In this document: piece after piece, positions 1-10,148 of the stretch
Layout: each line of letters opens with the position of its first letter
Numbering within the stretch: the stretch's first letter is position 1
Assembly: GCF_000186885.1 (NCBI RefSeq)
Contig: NC_014972.1
Coordinates: 120,001 to 152,000, forward strand
Direction: 5' to 3'
Length of the DNA: 32,000 nucleotides
Source of the DNA: Desulfobulbus propionicus DSM 2032
GTDB taxonomy: Bacteria; Desulfobacterota; Desulfobulbia; Desulfobulbales; Desulfobulbaceae
Position numbers and translations under genes: made by a program
Notes under the pieces: model-generated
What the model was told of the DNA's origin: nothing
Database searches by the model: none
The model's input: only the letters and a program-made list of their open reading frames with translations

Positions 1-44
1 GCCAGTCTCCAGCGGCGGACAGAAATGTCGGAACCCTTCTTTCC

Positions 45-464
45 TCAGGCGCTGAACACGGTGGCGTGCCGGGTCCAACCGGCCGGGCTGTCGGTTTCGT
101 AGAGCCCGCGTTGGCCCCAGCCGTTTTTTTTTGCCAGCACCGTGCGGATCACCCCGGCATCACTTCGGATTTGGCCCCTGCTGGCCAGGATGACCGCGGT
201 GTCGATGTCACTCACCAGCGGCGAGGCGACCCGGGCGGTGCTGTTCTGCCAGTCGCGGAAACGAGTCCACCCATCGGACTGTTCGAGCACTTCGATGGGA
301 TAGCCCCCAGGCACGACCAGCATGACCCTGGCCTGCCGGCTCGGGCCGGAACGGATGCAGGTGCCGTACCTGGCGATGTTCTGGGCAGGGGCGGACTGGG
401 CGGAGAGAAGCAGAAACTGGCCAAGGCCGGTGCGGAACAAACAGGATAGGCCGGTGGTCGTCAT
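45..464 (-). CDS. secreted SH3-like domain protein (bacterial SH3/YgiM-like)
   Basis: ORF with signal-peptide-like N-terminus (MTTTGLSCLFRTGLGQFLLLSAQSAPAQN) followed by CIRSGPSRQARVMLVVPGGYPIEVLEQSDGWTRFRDW, and a second SH3-like stretch (GQIRSDAGVIRTVLAK). Start chosen at 464 because of an AGGAG Shine-Dalgarno upstream. Confidence 0.6.
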   Translation of the reverse strand: MTTTGLSCLFRTGLGQFLLLSAQSAPAQNIARYGTCIRSGPSRQARVMLVVPGGYPIEVLEQSDGWTRFRDWQNSTARVASPLVSDIDTAVILASRGQIRSDAGVIRTVLAKKNGWGQRGLYETDSPAGWTRHATVFSA

Positions 465-991
465 GATGCGCTCCTGTCGCAGAGGGGGCGGCATGTCGGG
501 ATCTGGTGCGGTCGCCCAAGGTGACGAGGTTGCCCCGGCTGTGAGGTTGTTCCGCCCGGTGACAGGCCACTACCCACCTGAAGCAACTTTCGGGCCGGAA
601 ACCGGCCTCGCTGCCGGTGGCCGGTGTCAACCTACTGTTCACAGGTCGTTTTCACTGGTTGCCAGGGAGAGGCACCACCGTGGTCGGGCCGGCAGCGGGC
701 CGTCCACCGTCCTGCCCGGCGGGAAAATTCCTGCGCCACGCCACAGGTCGACCCGGTGCATCGGGGCGTCCTGGAGCCGGATGCGGCGGTTCTTCTTCCC
801 TTGCCCGGGTGTGCGGCATAGGCAACCACCCCTGCCCGAAAAAAAGAAGGAGGGCTGACAGGACTCGCCTAGGTCGAGCGGAGCGGCTAAACGGCTGAAG
901 AGAATAGCGTAAAACGATAAACGGGCCAGTTGCTATGGCAATTCATGGCCCGTTTGATGGCGGTGGGGGAGGGTTCGTCGGCGGTCGGAAC

Positions 992-1174
992 TCAGTCTAT
1001 GAGAATATTGTAGAGGACCACGACGGCGATGCAGACGAGGGAAGCGGCGTAGGTCAGCCAGAAGATGCCGGCGTCCGTCAGGTAGCGGCTTGGCCAAAAC
1101 CTGCTCCTATGGCGTGGACGGCCACCAAGACTCTGGTCAAAAGAATCTATCTGATTTTCCTGGGATGTCATCAT
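992..1174 (-). CDS. small (60 aa) protein with a C-terminal transmembrane helix
   Basis: Internal start within the 992..1264 ORF preceded by AGGAG. C-terminus LTDAGIFWLTYAASLVCIAVVVLYNILID is a clear hydrophobic segment. Confidence 0.45.
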   Translation of the reverse strand: MMTSQENQIDSFDQSLGGRPRHRSRFWPSRYLTDAGIFWLTYAASLVCIAVVVLYNILID

Positions 1175-1522
1175 GACGTGATCTCCTGGGAAGGGCTGGA
1201 GGTGCCGAGCGAGTTTTTCCGGGTTCGCCGGGCAAGTCCTGGAGGGAGGGGCAGGCGGAAACATTCCGCCCGCCCCCTTGTTTCATTCCGAAAACGCACT
1301 CTCTCAGAGTACTCCTCAACAAGCCAGTATTGTGCCAGGCCGGAATAAAAATTTTTATCCTGTTTTTTCAAGGAGATATCGCTCAGCCTGCGCTGCCTTG
1401 GACCGGATAAACTGTCTAAATGCGAGAGGTTCCCGTTCGCCAATGGTGAAAGCTCTCAATTTGAGACGAAAGAACCGCGAATCATTGCGGCGCGGCTGTT
1501 GTTCAACATGCCCCGGCAGCTG

Positions 1523-2488
1523 TCAGGTGGCCTGGGGACAATTCGCCCGCACCTGGTCGCGGCCACTCTGCTTGGCCAGGTAGAGCAGCCGGTCGGCCTG
1601 CTCGACCAGTTCTTCCGGAGTAGCCGGTCGGCCGGTGCAATAGGACTCCGCGCCGATGCTGACCGTGTTCATGTGGCTGATCGCTCCCTGCCGGACTTGG
1701 TGAGTCCGGCACTCTACAAGGATGCGCTCGGCGAGGACGCAGGACTCGCGCAGGTCGGTTCGCGGCAGGAGCACCACGAATTCCTCGCCACCGTAACGGA
1801 AGGCTAGGTCACAATCACGGATCGTCTGTTGGAGCCGGACGGCGAACGCCCGCAGCACCAGATCGCCGAAGGCATGGCCATACGTATCGTTGACCTGCTT
1901 GAAGTGGTCAAGGTCGAGCAGCAGCAGGGAAAAATCGGTGCCGTAGCGCTTGCTTTGCCGGAACTCGTGTTCAAGGGCATGCTGGAATGGCCGCCGGTTG
2001 TAGAGGCCGGTCAGGGGATCGGTGACGCTCAGTATTTCCAAGCGTCGTTCATTGTCCTCCTTGCGGGTCAGGGAATCGCGCAGGTCGCGGACCTGTTTGC
2101 TTTCCCGCTCTCGCTTCCGGACCGCGGCGATAGCCTCGGCGATCATGGGGTGGAGTTGACGGGGGTCGAGCGGCTTGGTGAGAAAACGAAAGACCTCGCC
2201 ACGATTGATGCAGGGCAACAACTGGTCGGCCTGGGTGTGTGCACTCAGCACAAGGCGGAGGATGTGCGGGTGATGCTGCTTGATCAGGGTGAGCAGGGTC
2301 AGGCCGTCAATACCCGGCATCTTCATATCCGTGACAACGATATCGATCTGCTGGTCGGCGAGCAGTTCCAATGCCTCCTGGCCACTGCCAGCAAAGAATT
2401 TGCCGTAGTCGCTGCGGGCCAGCAGCCTGCGCAGGGCGTGGAGGGTATAGACCTCGTCGTCGACAAACAGAATGTTGACCTGTCGCAT
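1523..2488 (-). CDS. response regulator with C-terminal GGDEF diguanylate cyclase domain
   Basis: N-terminal REC (ILFVDDE..., VVTDMKMPG, FRFLTKPL) and GGDEF domain with intact YGGEEF signature plus DPLTGLYNRR. Start at 2488 is preceded by GGAGGG. Confidence 0.93.
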   Translation of the reverse strand: MRQVNILFVDDEVYTLHALRRLLARSDYGKFFAGSGQEALELLADQQIDIVVTDMKMPGIDGLTLLTLIKQHHPHILRLVLSAHTQADQLLPCINRGEVFRFLTKPLDPRQLHPMIAEAIAAVRKRERESKQVRDLRDSLTRKEDNERRLEILSVTDPLTGLYNRRPFQHALEHEFRQSKRYGTDFSLLLLDLDHFKQVNDTYGHAFGDLVLRAFAVRLQQTIRDCDLAFRYGGEEFVVLLPRTDLRESCVLAERILVECRTHQVRQGAISHMNTVSIGAESYCTGRPATPEELVEQADRLLYLAKQSGRDQVRANCPQAT

Positions 2489-3349
2489 CCGCCCTCCTTT
2501 CGTGGCGATTTGCACGGGGAGCAGCCGGAATGTCTGCTGGCGCCGGTGTTCTCGTTGCGGGGGGCTCTCTCTGTTGTGCCGCACTCTCCCGCCTCTCCCC
2601 TGGTGTTGGCTGGTCGGGCGGCTTCCGATGTTCCGCCCCATTGACGTGCGCACGCCCAATCGTGGTCTCCGGACAATGGCTTGCAAAGGGCAAACCACTT
2701 TTTTGGTCGAGTGGTGCCTCCCGGGTTACCCACCACACCCGTCCGGAGTTGTGGCGGCGGCACGTGCGCCTGACCAAGATGAACCTGCCGACCTGACCGG
2801 CCTTGCGCCCCGATGTGGCAGGTGCCGGGCTTTCGCGCAACGAACCGTGCCAAAGGCGCAGAGGACGAATTCGCATTCTCCTTTGATATCATGATGTTCG
2901 TTTAATGTCTTCCAGGGTTTGGCAAACCTCCCGCACTATCAGAGGAGAGCGGCGGGCCCTGCAACGCGACTGAGGTAGCCGCAAGTGGGGGGGCGATGGT
3001 GGAGGCAGGGCGTGGCACGGAAACCGGGGCATGTGTCTGGACTTTGGGCGTGGGGGTGGGATTTCTCTCCACAGGGAGGTTGGTCAGGATTTCAGGTGTC
3101 AATCTGAGAGGAGTGGGAAAACCTCCGTGCAGAATGAGAATTTTTCTCGGGAGAAAACACCGCCGAACTGGCTATACGAAAGGCCGAAATAAAAAAAATA
3201 ACAAAAAAATCAATAGTTTGATAGTTAATGGGTGATGTGGTCTTAATTTTGCTAGTTAGCCAGCAATCGGGTTACCCGGTCTTGTAACGCAATCGGGTTG
3301 GCCTCCAATTAACCCCACCCTCGTTTCCCTAAATCTCTCAGGATTGATC

Positions 3350-3859
3350 ATGTCCGCGATGAGCTACCTCAACAAGACTGACGTGAATCTGCTCCTCATT
3401 GACAATCAGGAGCAACTGCTCTCCTCTTCACTTCTGCTCCCAGAATTGCGCAAACAGTTTCTGAACGAACAGGTGTGCTGCCTGGCCGCCCCGGACAGCC
3501 TGTGTGGCCTGCAGTTGTGGCGTGCCTTCGAAATGGATGTGGTGGTTATCGCCGCGTGCGAGGCCGGACCGCTTCGCACGATGATCATGGACCTGGAGGG
3601 GGAGCATCCCGGGGTGGTTGTCCTGGTCGCAGGTGAGGAACATGATCGCCCCGGGGTCCTCCCTGTGCTGCGCGAAACCGGAAGCCGATTTATACCGATG
3701 TACTCCAACGGCGACACCTCGCCGGTCGGCGAGATCACACGCCAGGTCCGGCAGCTGAGGACCGAAAAGCTGAAAATCGCCAGGAGCTTGGCCCTGGAAG
3801 CTCAACAGGTCGGGCCGCGGTATATCCTCCGCCTCCGCGCCCCCCAGTCGTGCCATTAA
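3350..3859 (+). CDS. divergent receiver-like (REC-like) protein
   Basis: 170-codon ORF with NLLLIDNQEQLLSSSLLLPELRKQF and MDVVVIAACEAGPLRTMIMDLEGEHPGVVVLVAGE, a REC-like fold pattern without the canonical phospho-acceptor context. Start is uncertain (TTG at 3344 or ATG at 3350). Confidence 0.5.
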   Translation: MSAMSYLNKTDVNLLLIDNQEQLLSSSLLLPELRKQFLNEQVCCLAAPDSLCGLQLWRAFEMDVVVIAACEAGPLRTMIMDLEGEHPGVVVLVAGEEHDRPGVLPVLRETGSRFIPMYSNGDTSPVGEITRQVRQLRTEKLKIARSLALEAQQVGPRYILRLRAPQSCH

Positions 3860-3924
3860 GGCGGTCGGCACCGCCGACCGCGCACCCTGCCTGCCAGCAG
3901 GGTGGAAAGAAAATGTAACTGAGC

Positions 3925-4830
3925 ATGGGAGCCATGATGCAGGAGAGAATGGTGGGCCAGGCTGAACATAGTCTGACGCTACAAATGGAACGGGGTCCCG
4001 TGGTCGACGAAAAGATGCGAAGTCCTGTCGGAATACACGCCAGGCGGCGCCAGTGCGCTCCGATGTTCCGAAGAAGCACCCCCTGGAGCCGCCTGACCCA
4101 GGCCAGGGGAGGGCAGAGTGAAGTCGGCTTGTCCGAGCCGGAGCGTGTTGATTATGCCTTGAAGTCCGGCTGTGCCGCCAACGACAGTGATCAGGCACCA
4201 GATGTATTGGTCAGGCTGCCGTACACGGATTTCGATCCGCAGCCCTGGCGGCCCGGTTTTCTCCCCTGGTCTGCCGAGACGGAGTTGTCCTCTTCCCGGC
4301 CCGTCGACCCGGAGGCGATCCATAGGCAACTGCTGCGGCTGGAACTTGAACGATACCCCTCGCTCTTCAATCTGAACCGGATCGTCGAAGAGAGTTGCGC
4401 CTGTATCGAGTCCATTTTCGCCGGGCGGATCGTGCTGCACCGCGAGCTCAAGTCAATGCCGATGTACTTTGGCCCTGCGGCGCTGTTGCGTGACGCACTG
4501 CTCTCACTGCTGCAGTGGGTGGCACCAGACGATACCCACAAGGCTGAGCACGGACCACCGGTGGTCAGGGTTGCTACCTGGCCGATGCCGCAGCGTGTCT
4601 GCGGATCGATCGGTCTGTGTCCCGCCAATCCACTGACCGGAATCGACCCCGGCGCGGCGAAGGTCGTGGCCGAGGTGGACCAGGACGCAGAGGAAAACGG
4701 TTTCCTGCACAACGCCCGGGAGATTATCGTCAATATCTGCCAAGGTCAGCTTGAACTGGTGCGTCTTCCAGTCAGGGTGGAATTCCAACTCCCCTTGCTT
4801 CATCCACCCGTCGATGCCCGTGAGAGCTGA
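3925..4830 (+). CDS. degenerate histidine-kinase/HATPase-like protein
   Basis: C-terminal half resembles the DHp-to-HATPase layout (NLNRIVEESCACIE..., ALLRDALLSLLQWVAP, C-terminal REIIVNICQGQLELVRLPVRVEFQLPLL), but the H-box and the N/G boxes are not recognisable. It precedes and overlaps a REC gene. Confidence 0.4.
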   Translation: MGAMMQERMVGQAEHSLTLQMERGPVVDEKMRSPVGIHARRRQCAPMFRRSTPWSRLTQARGGQSEVGLSEPERVDYALKSGCAANDSDQAPDVLVRLPYTDFDPQPWRPGFLPWSAETELSSSRPVDPEAIHRQLLRLELERYPSLFNLNRIVEESCACIESIFAGRIVLHRELKSMPMYFGPAALLRDALLSLLQWVAPDDTHKAEHGPPVVRVATWPMPQRVCGSIGLCPANPLTGIDPGAAKVVAEVDQDAEENGFLHNAREIIVNICQGQLELVRLPVRVEFQLPLLHPPVDARES

Positions 4831-5326
4831 TACCGACATTTCGACGCGACCGACCGTGCTCTTCGTCGATGACGAGAGCATGCTGCTCAGTTCGCTGCAA
4901 CGCCTGCTCCGTCGCGAGCCCTTCACGATCCTGCTCGCGGTCAGCGCGAGGGAGGCCATGGAGATCATGGCGCGAACCCCGGTCGATGTGCTCGTGGTCG
5001 ACCTGCAGATGCCGGATATCGACGGATACGAACTGTTGTCCAGGGTCGAAGTGCTGCATCCCCAGACCGTCTGCTTGGTGATGAGCGCGGTGGCCGACAA
5101 GGAAAAAGTAGAGGAGGTTGTGCGGCATCGGCACGTCTTCAAGTTCATCGCCAAACCGATTCATCCGGACGTGCTCAAGCGGGTCATTCGCGACTCGGTG
5201 TGCCGCAGGTCCGGCGGGGTCGAACCGCCGGAAACGATCATTTCGCCGGAGCACCTGATGCTCTGCAAGGAACACCTCTCAAAAACGGAGTTCACCCAGG
5301 CATTCAACGAAAAATACGTTTGCTGA
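4814..5326 (+). CDS. stand-alone response regulator receiver protein
   Basis: REC motifs TVLFVDDESMLLSSLQRLL, VLVVDLQMPDIDGYELL and FKFIAKPIHPD. Start inferred at the ATG at 4814. Confidence 0.85.
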   Translation: MPVRADTDISTRPTVLFVDDESMLLSSLQRLLRREPFTILLAVSAREAMEIMARTPVDVLVVDLQMPDIDGYELLSRVEVLHPQTVCLVMSAVADKEKVEEVVRHRHVFKFIAKPIHPDVLKRVIRDSVCRRSGGVEPPETIISPEHLMLCKEHLSKTEFTQAFNEKYVC

Positions 5327-5362
5327 GGCCCGGGCGGCGTGTACCTGCGTCTCCTGATCCCC

Positions 5363-5399
5363 AAAGGATTCACTGCCACGCCACCAGTGGTTCCTTTTT
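5363..5399 (+). terminator. probable intrinsic terminator after the REC gene
   Basis: AAAGGAttCACTG (5363-5375) pairs with CAGTGgtTCCTTT (5385-5397), loop CCACGCCAC, and runs into TTTTT. Confidence 0.5.
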
Positions 5400-5819
5400 C
5401 CTGAGCGGCACGCCGCCCGGACCAAAGCGCCTGCGTGTTCTCTTGCCATTGCAGGGACAGCGATAAGGGGCCATTCTCCCGACGGGAACGATCCCGGGAT
5501 TGCGGCCCTGACCGTTCGTCCGTTTCCCCACATACCTGACCCTCAGGGGCATGGGGCGACCACCTGACTTGGTGTGAGCCGGTCGGTTGTCCCATGCGTT
5601 TGTTCTTTCGCCTCGTGCTCGCAGGTCTGTTCAGGACCTAACGGTCACGCGGCGTGTTTCATGGCAACGGTCGATCTGAAATGGATGCCCGCCTCGACGT
5701 CGATTGAAGGGACACCACAGCCTGCAGACAAAAAGAAGAACAATGCGCCACCGCAAGAAGAAACCACTAGCCACCATGAGGCAACACAACGACAATCCTT
5801 GAGCGAAGGGGAGGATGAG

Positions 5820-6698
5820 ATGAAGCCTGTTTTTTTGGTTCTCCTCGGTTGGTGTGCATGGGCGATGCAGGTGACCGCCGCGGTCGCCGCCGGTCCCGGC
5901 GACCTGGAAGGCATCCGCAAGGAGGGGGAGCTGCGCCACTTGGGGGTGCCGTACTCCCGATTTGTCTTCGGCAATGGGCCGACCGGGGCGTCGGTCGACC
6001 TCATGCGGGCCTTCGCCCGTCATCTTGGGGTCGAATACGTCTTTGTGCCGACCAGTTGGGAGCGAATGATCCCGGATCTTATCGGCCGCGACCTGGTGCC
6101 GGCCAACGGCACGGTGCGAATGGGGGCGGCCGTGCCGGTCCGCGGTGATGTCCTGCTCTCTGGGGTGACCATGCTGCCCTGGCGGCGGCAGGTGATCGCT
6201 TTTTCGCAGCCAACGATCAGAACCCAGGTCTGGCTGCTGACCGCGGTCGACCATCCGCTCACGCCGATCCGGCCGACAGGAGACACCAACCGTGACATCG
6301 CCCTGACCAGGGCGAAGGTGCGGAACCTGCCCATCCTCGGCATCCGTGACACCTGCTTCGATCCAACCCTCTACGGGCTGGACCGGAGCGGTGCTCACCC
6401 GCGCTTTTTTTCCGGTTCAGCGAGCGACCTGGTGGCAGCGATGCTGCAAGGCAAGGCGGAGGCTGTACTGCAGGATGCGCCCGACGTCTTGGTCGATTTG
6501 GAGAAATGGTCTGGAAGGCTGAAGGTTATCGGCCCGGTTTCATCGTTGCAGAACATGGGTGCTGGGTTTCGTCGGGAAGATAGGGCATTGCGGGCAGCGT
6601 TCGACAGGTTTCTGGTCCAGTTGCAGGAGAGCGGAGAACTGTCGACAATTATCCGTAGGTATTACCCTAAAGGCGTTGACCTTAATACAGTGAATTGA
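5820..6698 (+). CDS. periplasmic substrate-binding protein, family 3 (amino-acid ABC SBP-like)
   Basis: Signal peptide (MKPVFLVLLGWCAWAMQVTAAVAA), then EGIRKEGELRHLGVPY, VDLMRAFARHLGVEYVFVPTSWERMIPDL, and C-terminal LRAAFDRFLVQLQESGELSTIIRRYYP. GGAGG upstream of ATG 5820. Confidence 0.8.
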   Translation: MKPVFLVLLGWCAWAMQVTAAVAAGPGDLEGIRKEGELRHLGVPYSRFVFGNGPTGASVDLMRAFARHLGVEYVFVPTSWERMIPDLIGRDLVPANGTVRMGAAVPVRGDVLLSGVTMLPWRRQVIAFSQPTIRTQVWLLTAVDHPLTPIRPTGDTNRDIALTRAKVRNLPILGIRDTCFDPTLYGLDRSGAHPRFFSGSASDLVAAMLQGKAEAVLQDAPDVLVDLEKWSGRLKVIGPVSSLQNMGAGFRREDRALRAAFDRFLVQLQESGELSTIIRRYYPKGVDLNTVN

Positions 6699-6790
6699 AT
6701 CGATAATGATTTTTTGTTGATGAATCGATACACTAATAATTTTTAAACTTGTAATGATGAAATTTGTTGATAAGATGTTGAAAAAAAATT

Positions 6791-9514
6791 ATGAAGAAAT
6801 ATTACTTTTTATATCGTCATTCGTCGTTATTTTTTTTTATGGGTCTCTCTTTTTTCCAATCCATTGAAGATGCAAAAACAATCTCTCAATCACGCCTTGA
6901 GCGTGAGAAGTCGGCTCTCAACTCCCTGCAGCATATCTCTGACGCTCTTCTGCACGAGAGACAGTGGCTGTTCCAACAGATCGCGAACAGTGACAAAGTG
7001 CGGGGATACTTCATCGGTGAATCGGTCGGCATGACCAAAGAATATGGTCTCAAGGCCGGGGCCGACGCAGTTACCAGGTACTTTGATGAGGTGATCTCTG
7101 GGAAAGGAAAAGATCGTCATTTTTCAGCGCTGGTCCTCTATGACCGCCAGGGACAGGTCATTGCCCAGGCCGGGCCATCGTTTCCCCTGGATAGAAACGA
7201 ACTTGCCGCCGGCGAGGTTGGATTCCAGGTGCAAAGCGACGAGGCGTTGGGGGATTACCTGCTCCTGACCGCCAGTGTCACGGTGGCAGGGGAGGCCGTC
7301 GGCGCACTGGTCGGCGTCATCTCCCTGGAAAGCTGGTTCACGCACCTGTTCGCTTCTGATCAGGCGAGTCCTCCTCTACCAAACCTCGACTTGGTCTTGC
7401 TGGTCGGTCCGACGCGAATCCATCCAGCTACCGTCCACGAGGCGATCAAAAAACCTGCGCGCAGTTTGGTCGAAGAGGCCAGAGCCACGGCCCAGCCTGC
7501 TTTCGCCTCCATCCTGGAAGACGAGGCCGGCAGCACCCTGGTTTTCGTCCTCAACCATTCACCCTACAGTGACCTGAACCTTGTCCGGGTGATGGAAGCT
7601 GATCTCGTGGGCCTCGGTTCCGATGGATATACCCGGCATGTATTCATTGGTGTTTTTTTCGCTCTGACTGTGCTTTTCTTTCTCCTGGCCCTGCGCTTGT
7701 ACTACAGATCGATTTTCCTCGCGGCGGAAGTGACCGCTACTCAGCAAGCGAATGCGCTCGTCACCAGCAAGAACGAACAACTTGTTCGGGAGATGGCGGA
7801 GAAAAAGCGAATCAGGGAGGCCCTGGCATCGAGGGAATCGCTGCTGTCTGGTCTCATCAACACAACGCCCGACCTGATTTTCTACACTGACAGCGATGCC
7901 GCTGTTCTTGGCTCCAATGCCTCTTTCAATCAGTTTTTTGCCATTACCGATGCCAACGCTACCGGGTCGGACCAACGCGCCATCACCCGGTTTTTTTCGT
8001 TCATCAATGAGCACAGGCAGGCTGTCTTGGTGGACAGGAAGACGGTGTCGTTGGAGGAGTGGGTACGGAACACTGCCGGTGAGGAACAGCTGTTCGATTG
8101 TCTGATCACCCCTTTCATAAAGGAAGACGAGGAACGCCCGGGCCTGTTGGGTGTTTTCCGCGATGTCACCGACAACCGTCGCCTGGCCCTGGAAGTGCAG
8201 CGCCAGGAAGAACAGTTTAAGCTCATCCTGGAGGGGGTCAATATCGGGGTATGGAGAGTGTGTGTGGACACGGGCGAGGTACAGGTGAGCAAGGCCGGGG
8301 AACTGCTCGGCTTTGCCCCGGAGAAACTCGAACATCTCACCATCGAAACCTTTCTTGACCTTATCCATCCGGCGGAACAGTCAGGCCTGCATCGGCTACT
8401 CCTCGACTGCCTTGAGGGCGAAAGCAATTTTCTGGAACACGAGTTCCGCATGCGCCACCAAGACGGTTGCTGGACCTGGGTCTTTGCGAAAGGACGGATG
8501 TTCAGCCAAAACGAGCTGCGTCAGGGGCGATGGTTCGTCGCCATACTCGTGGACATTTCCAGTAGAATATCGGCGGAACAGGAACTGCAGGCGATGAACA
8601 ACTTGCTGGAAGAACGCATCGCCCAACGGACGGAAGAATTGAACAAGGTGTACGCCCAGCTGATGCAGCAGGAAAAGATGGTGGCCCTGGGGCAATTGGC
8701 CGCGGGTATTTCCCATGAACTCAACAACCCGGTCAATTTCATTCAGATCAATTTCGCCACGCTGCAGGGCTACTTCACGGATTTCATGGAACTGTACCGG
8801 TTGTACCGGGAGTCCTTGGAGGGCCTTGATACCAGGGAACACTCACCGGTACGTCGTGCGCTCGACAAAAGGGAACAGGAGATACAGTTGCGCGAGATCC
8901 TGCTCGACATTCCGCTCCTGTTCGACGAGACGGAAAGAGGCTTCGACCGTGTCGCCCACATCATCGGGTCGATGCGCAACTTCAGCCGACAGAACAAGGA
9001 AACGGTCTTAGAAGAGGTGGATATCAACGAGTGCATCCAGGACACCATCACCCTGGCATACAGCCTGTACAAGTATGAGGCGGACGTTCTCACCCGGCTG
9101 TACAAGTATGAGGCGGACGTTCTCACCCGGCTGGGGCAGCTACCACGCATCCAGGGCGTCGGCGAGTTGCTCAATCAAGTTTTTCTCAATCTGATAGTGA
9201 ATGCCGCGCAGGCCATTCGCGACAGCGAGACCCGCGATCGGGGGCGGATTGTCATCGAAACATGGAGTGACGCTGACAATGTCCACTGCACGGTAAAGGA
9301 TGACGGCCCGGGGATTACTGAGGAGCATCTGCCGCGGTTGTTCGAGCCGTTCTTCACGACCAAGGAGCCGGGAAACGGGACGGGCCTGGGCTTGAGCGTT
9401 TCCTATGACATTGTGGTGAACAAGCACAACGGCAGCCTGGTTGCCGGCAACCAGGTCAAAGGCGGCGCGGTGTTCACGGTCAGCCTGCCGCTGCGGCAGC
9501 CGAACCTGCAGTGA
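6791..9514 (+). CDS. membrane sensor histidine kinase (extracellular sensor, two PAS-like domains, HisKA, HATPase)
   Basis: N-terminal TM, long extracytoplasmic region, second TM ([23 protein letters not shown]), PAS regions, H-box [23 protein letters not shown]-box NAAQAIRD, G-boxes DDGPGI and GNGTGLGLS. Confidence 0.93.
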   Translation: MKKYYFLYRHSSLFFFMGLSFFQSIEDAKTISQSRLEREKSALNSLQHISDALLHERQWLFQQIANSDKVRGYFIGESVGMTKEYGLKAGADAVTRYFDEVISGKGKDRHFSALVLYDRQGQVIAQAGPSFPLDRNELAAGEVGFQVQSDEALGDYLLLTASVTVAGEAVGALVGVISLESWFTHLFASDQASPPLPNLDLVLLVGPTRIHPATVHEAIKKPARSLVEEARATAQPAFASILEDEAGSTLVFVLNHSPYSDLNLVRVMEADLVGLGSDGYTRHVFIGVFFALTVLFFLLALRLYYRSIFLAAEVTATQQANALVTSKNEQLVREMAEKKRIREALASRESLLSGLINTTPDLIFYTDSDAAVLGSNASFNQFFAITDANATGSDQRAITRFFSFINEHRQAVLVDRKTVSLEEWVRNTAGEEQLFDCLITPFIKEDEERPGLLGVFRDVTDNRRLALEVQRQEEQFKLILEGVNIGVWRVCVDTGEVQVSKAGELLGFAPEKLEHLTIETFLDLIHPAEQSGLHRLLLDCLEGESNFLEHEFRMRHQDGCWTWVFAKGRMFSQNELRQGRWFVAILVDISSRISAEQELQAMNNLLEERIAQRTEELNKVYAQLMQQEKMVALGQLAAGISHELNNPVNFIQINFATLQGYFTDFMELYRLYRESLEGLDTREHSPVRRALDKREQEIQLREILLDIPLLFDETERGFDRVAHIIGSMRNFSRQNKETVLEEVDINECIQDTITLAYSLYKYEADVLTRLYKYEADVLTRLGQLPRIQGVGELLNQVFLNLIVNAAQAIRDSETRDRGRIVIETWSDADNVHCTVKDDGPGITEEHLPRLFEPFFTTKEPGNGTGLGLSVSYDIVVNKHNGSLVAGNQVKGGAVFTVSLPLRQPNLQ
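9065..9130 (+). repeat. exact 33-bp in-frame tandem duplication inside the histidine kinase gene
   Basis: ctgtacaagtatgaggcggacgttctcacccgg occurs twice head-to-tail (9065-9097, 9098-9130), encoding [11 protein letters not shown] twice. Confidence 0.97.
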
Positions 9515-9641
9515 GGGCTGGGAGACGACCGGCCGCGGCGGGGATTTGTTTTCCTGCGGGGATGAGAAAGCGGTAAGGGAATAAGTTCCCGTGCCTGTCC
9601 ACGGTGAGGGCTGAGTGCGCTTTGCGCGGCAGGCTGACCGT

Positions 9642-10148
9642 TCAGGCGTCGAGGATGAAATAGCCTTCCTCATCGCGCGGCGGCAGGGTAGTGATGCCCG
9701 GATAGTCCCGCTCCAGTTCGCTCAGGAGCATTTCCCTGATGTTGGCGGCAGGGACCAACAGGTCGGTCTCCCGGGCCTCGACCCGCTTCATGGCCACGGC
9801 CACAGCCCGTTTGAACAGGGCAAGGCGGATCGGCTTGAGCAGGAACTTGAACATGCCCACTTCGTTGATCGCCTCGAGGATGATCTCCACATCAGGGTAA
9901 GCGGTGAGCATGATCAGCAGGACACGCGGGTGTGACTTCTTGATCTGCTTCATGAGCACCAGTCCGTCCATGCCTGGCATGCGGTAGTCGGATACGACCA
10001 CCTGCACGGTCTGCTCGTCGAGGACGGCAAGAGCCTGCGGCCCGTTCTCGGCCACCAGGACACTGTAGGGTTCCTGGCGCAGGGCCCTCTGCATGCCATG
10101 CAGGAAGGACGGTTCATCGTCGACAAGCAACAAGGTCTGCTGTTTCAT
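9642..10148 (-). CDS. stand-alone response regulator receiver protein
   Basis: MKQQTLLLVDDEPSFLHGMQRAL, VVVSDYRMPGMDG, LTAYPD and FKFLLKPIR. AGGAAG upstream of ATG 10148. Confidence 0.85.
   Translation of the reverse strand: MKQQTLLLVDDEPSFLHGMQRALRQEPYSVLVAENGPQALAVLDEQTVQVVVSDYRMPGMDGLVLMKQIKKSHPRVLLIMLTAYPDVEIILEAINEVGMFKFLLKPIRLALFKRAVAVAMKRVEARETDLLVPAANIREMLLSELERDYPGITTLPPRDEEGYFILDA

Noticed and set aside
1829-2644. 271-aa plus-strand ORF
   Set aside because: Shadow of the REC-GGDEF gene on the minus strand, which has intact GGEEF and REC motifs.
5161-5595. 144-aa minus-strand ORF spanning the inverted repeat
   Set aside because: Overlaps the antisense of a solid REC gene, then intergenic DNA with terminator and inverted repeat; Arg/Gly/Pro-rich without domain character.
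6697-6730. Direct repeat GAATCGATA (6697-6705, 6722-6730) before the sensor kinase gene
   Set aside because: Short and in a strongly AT-rich tract where chance repeats are likely; kept only as a note.
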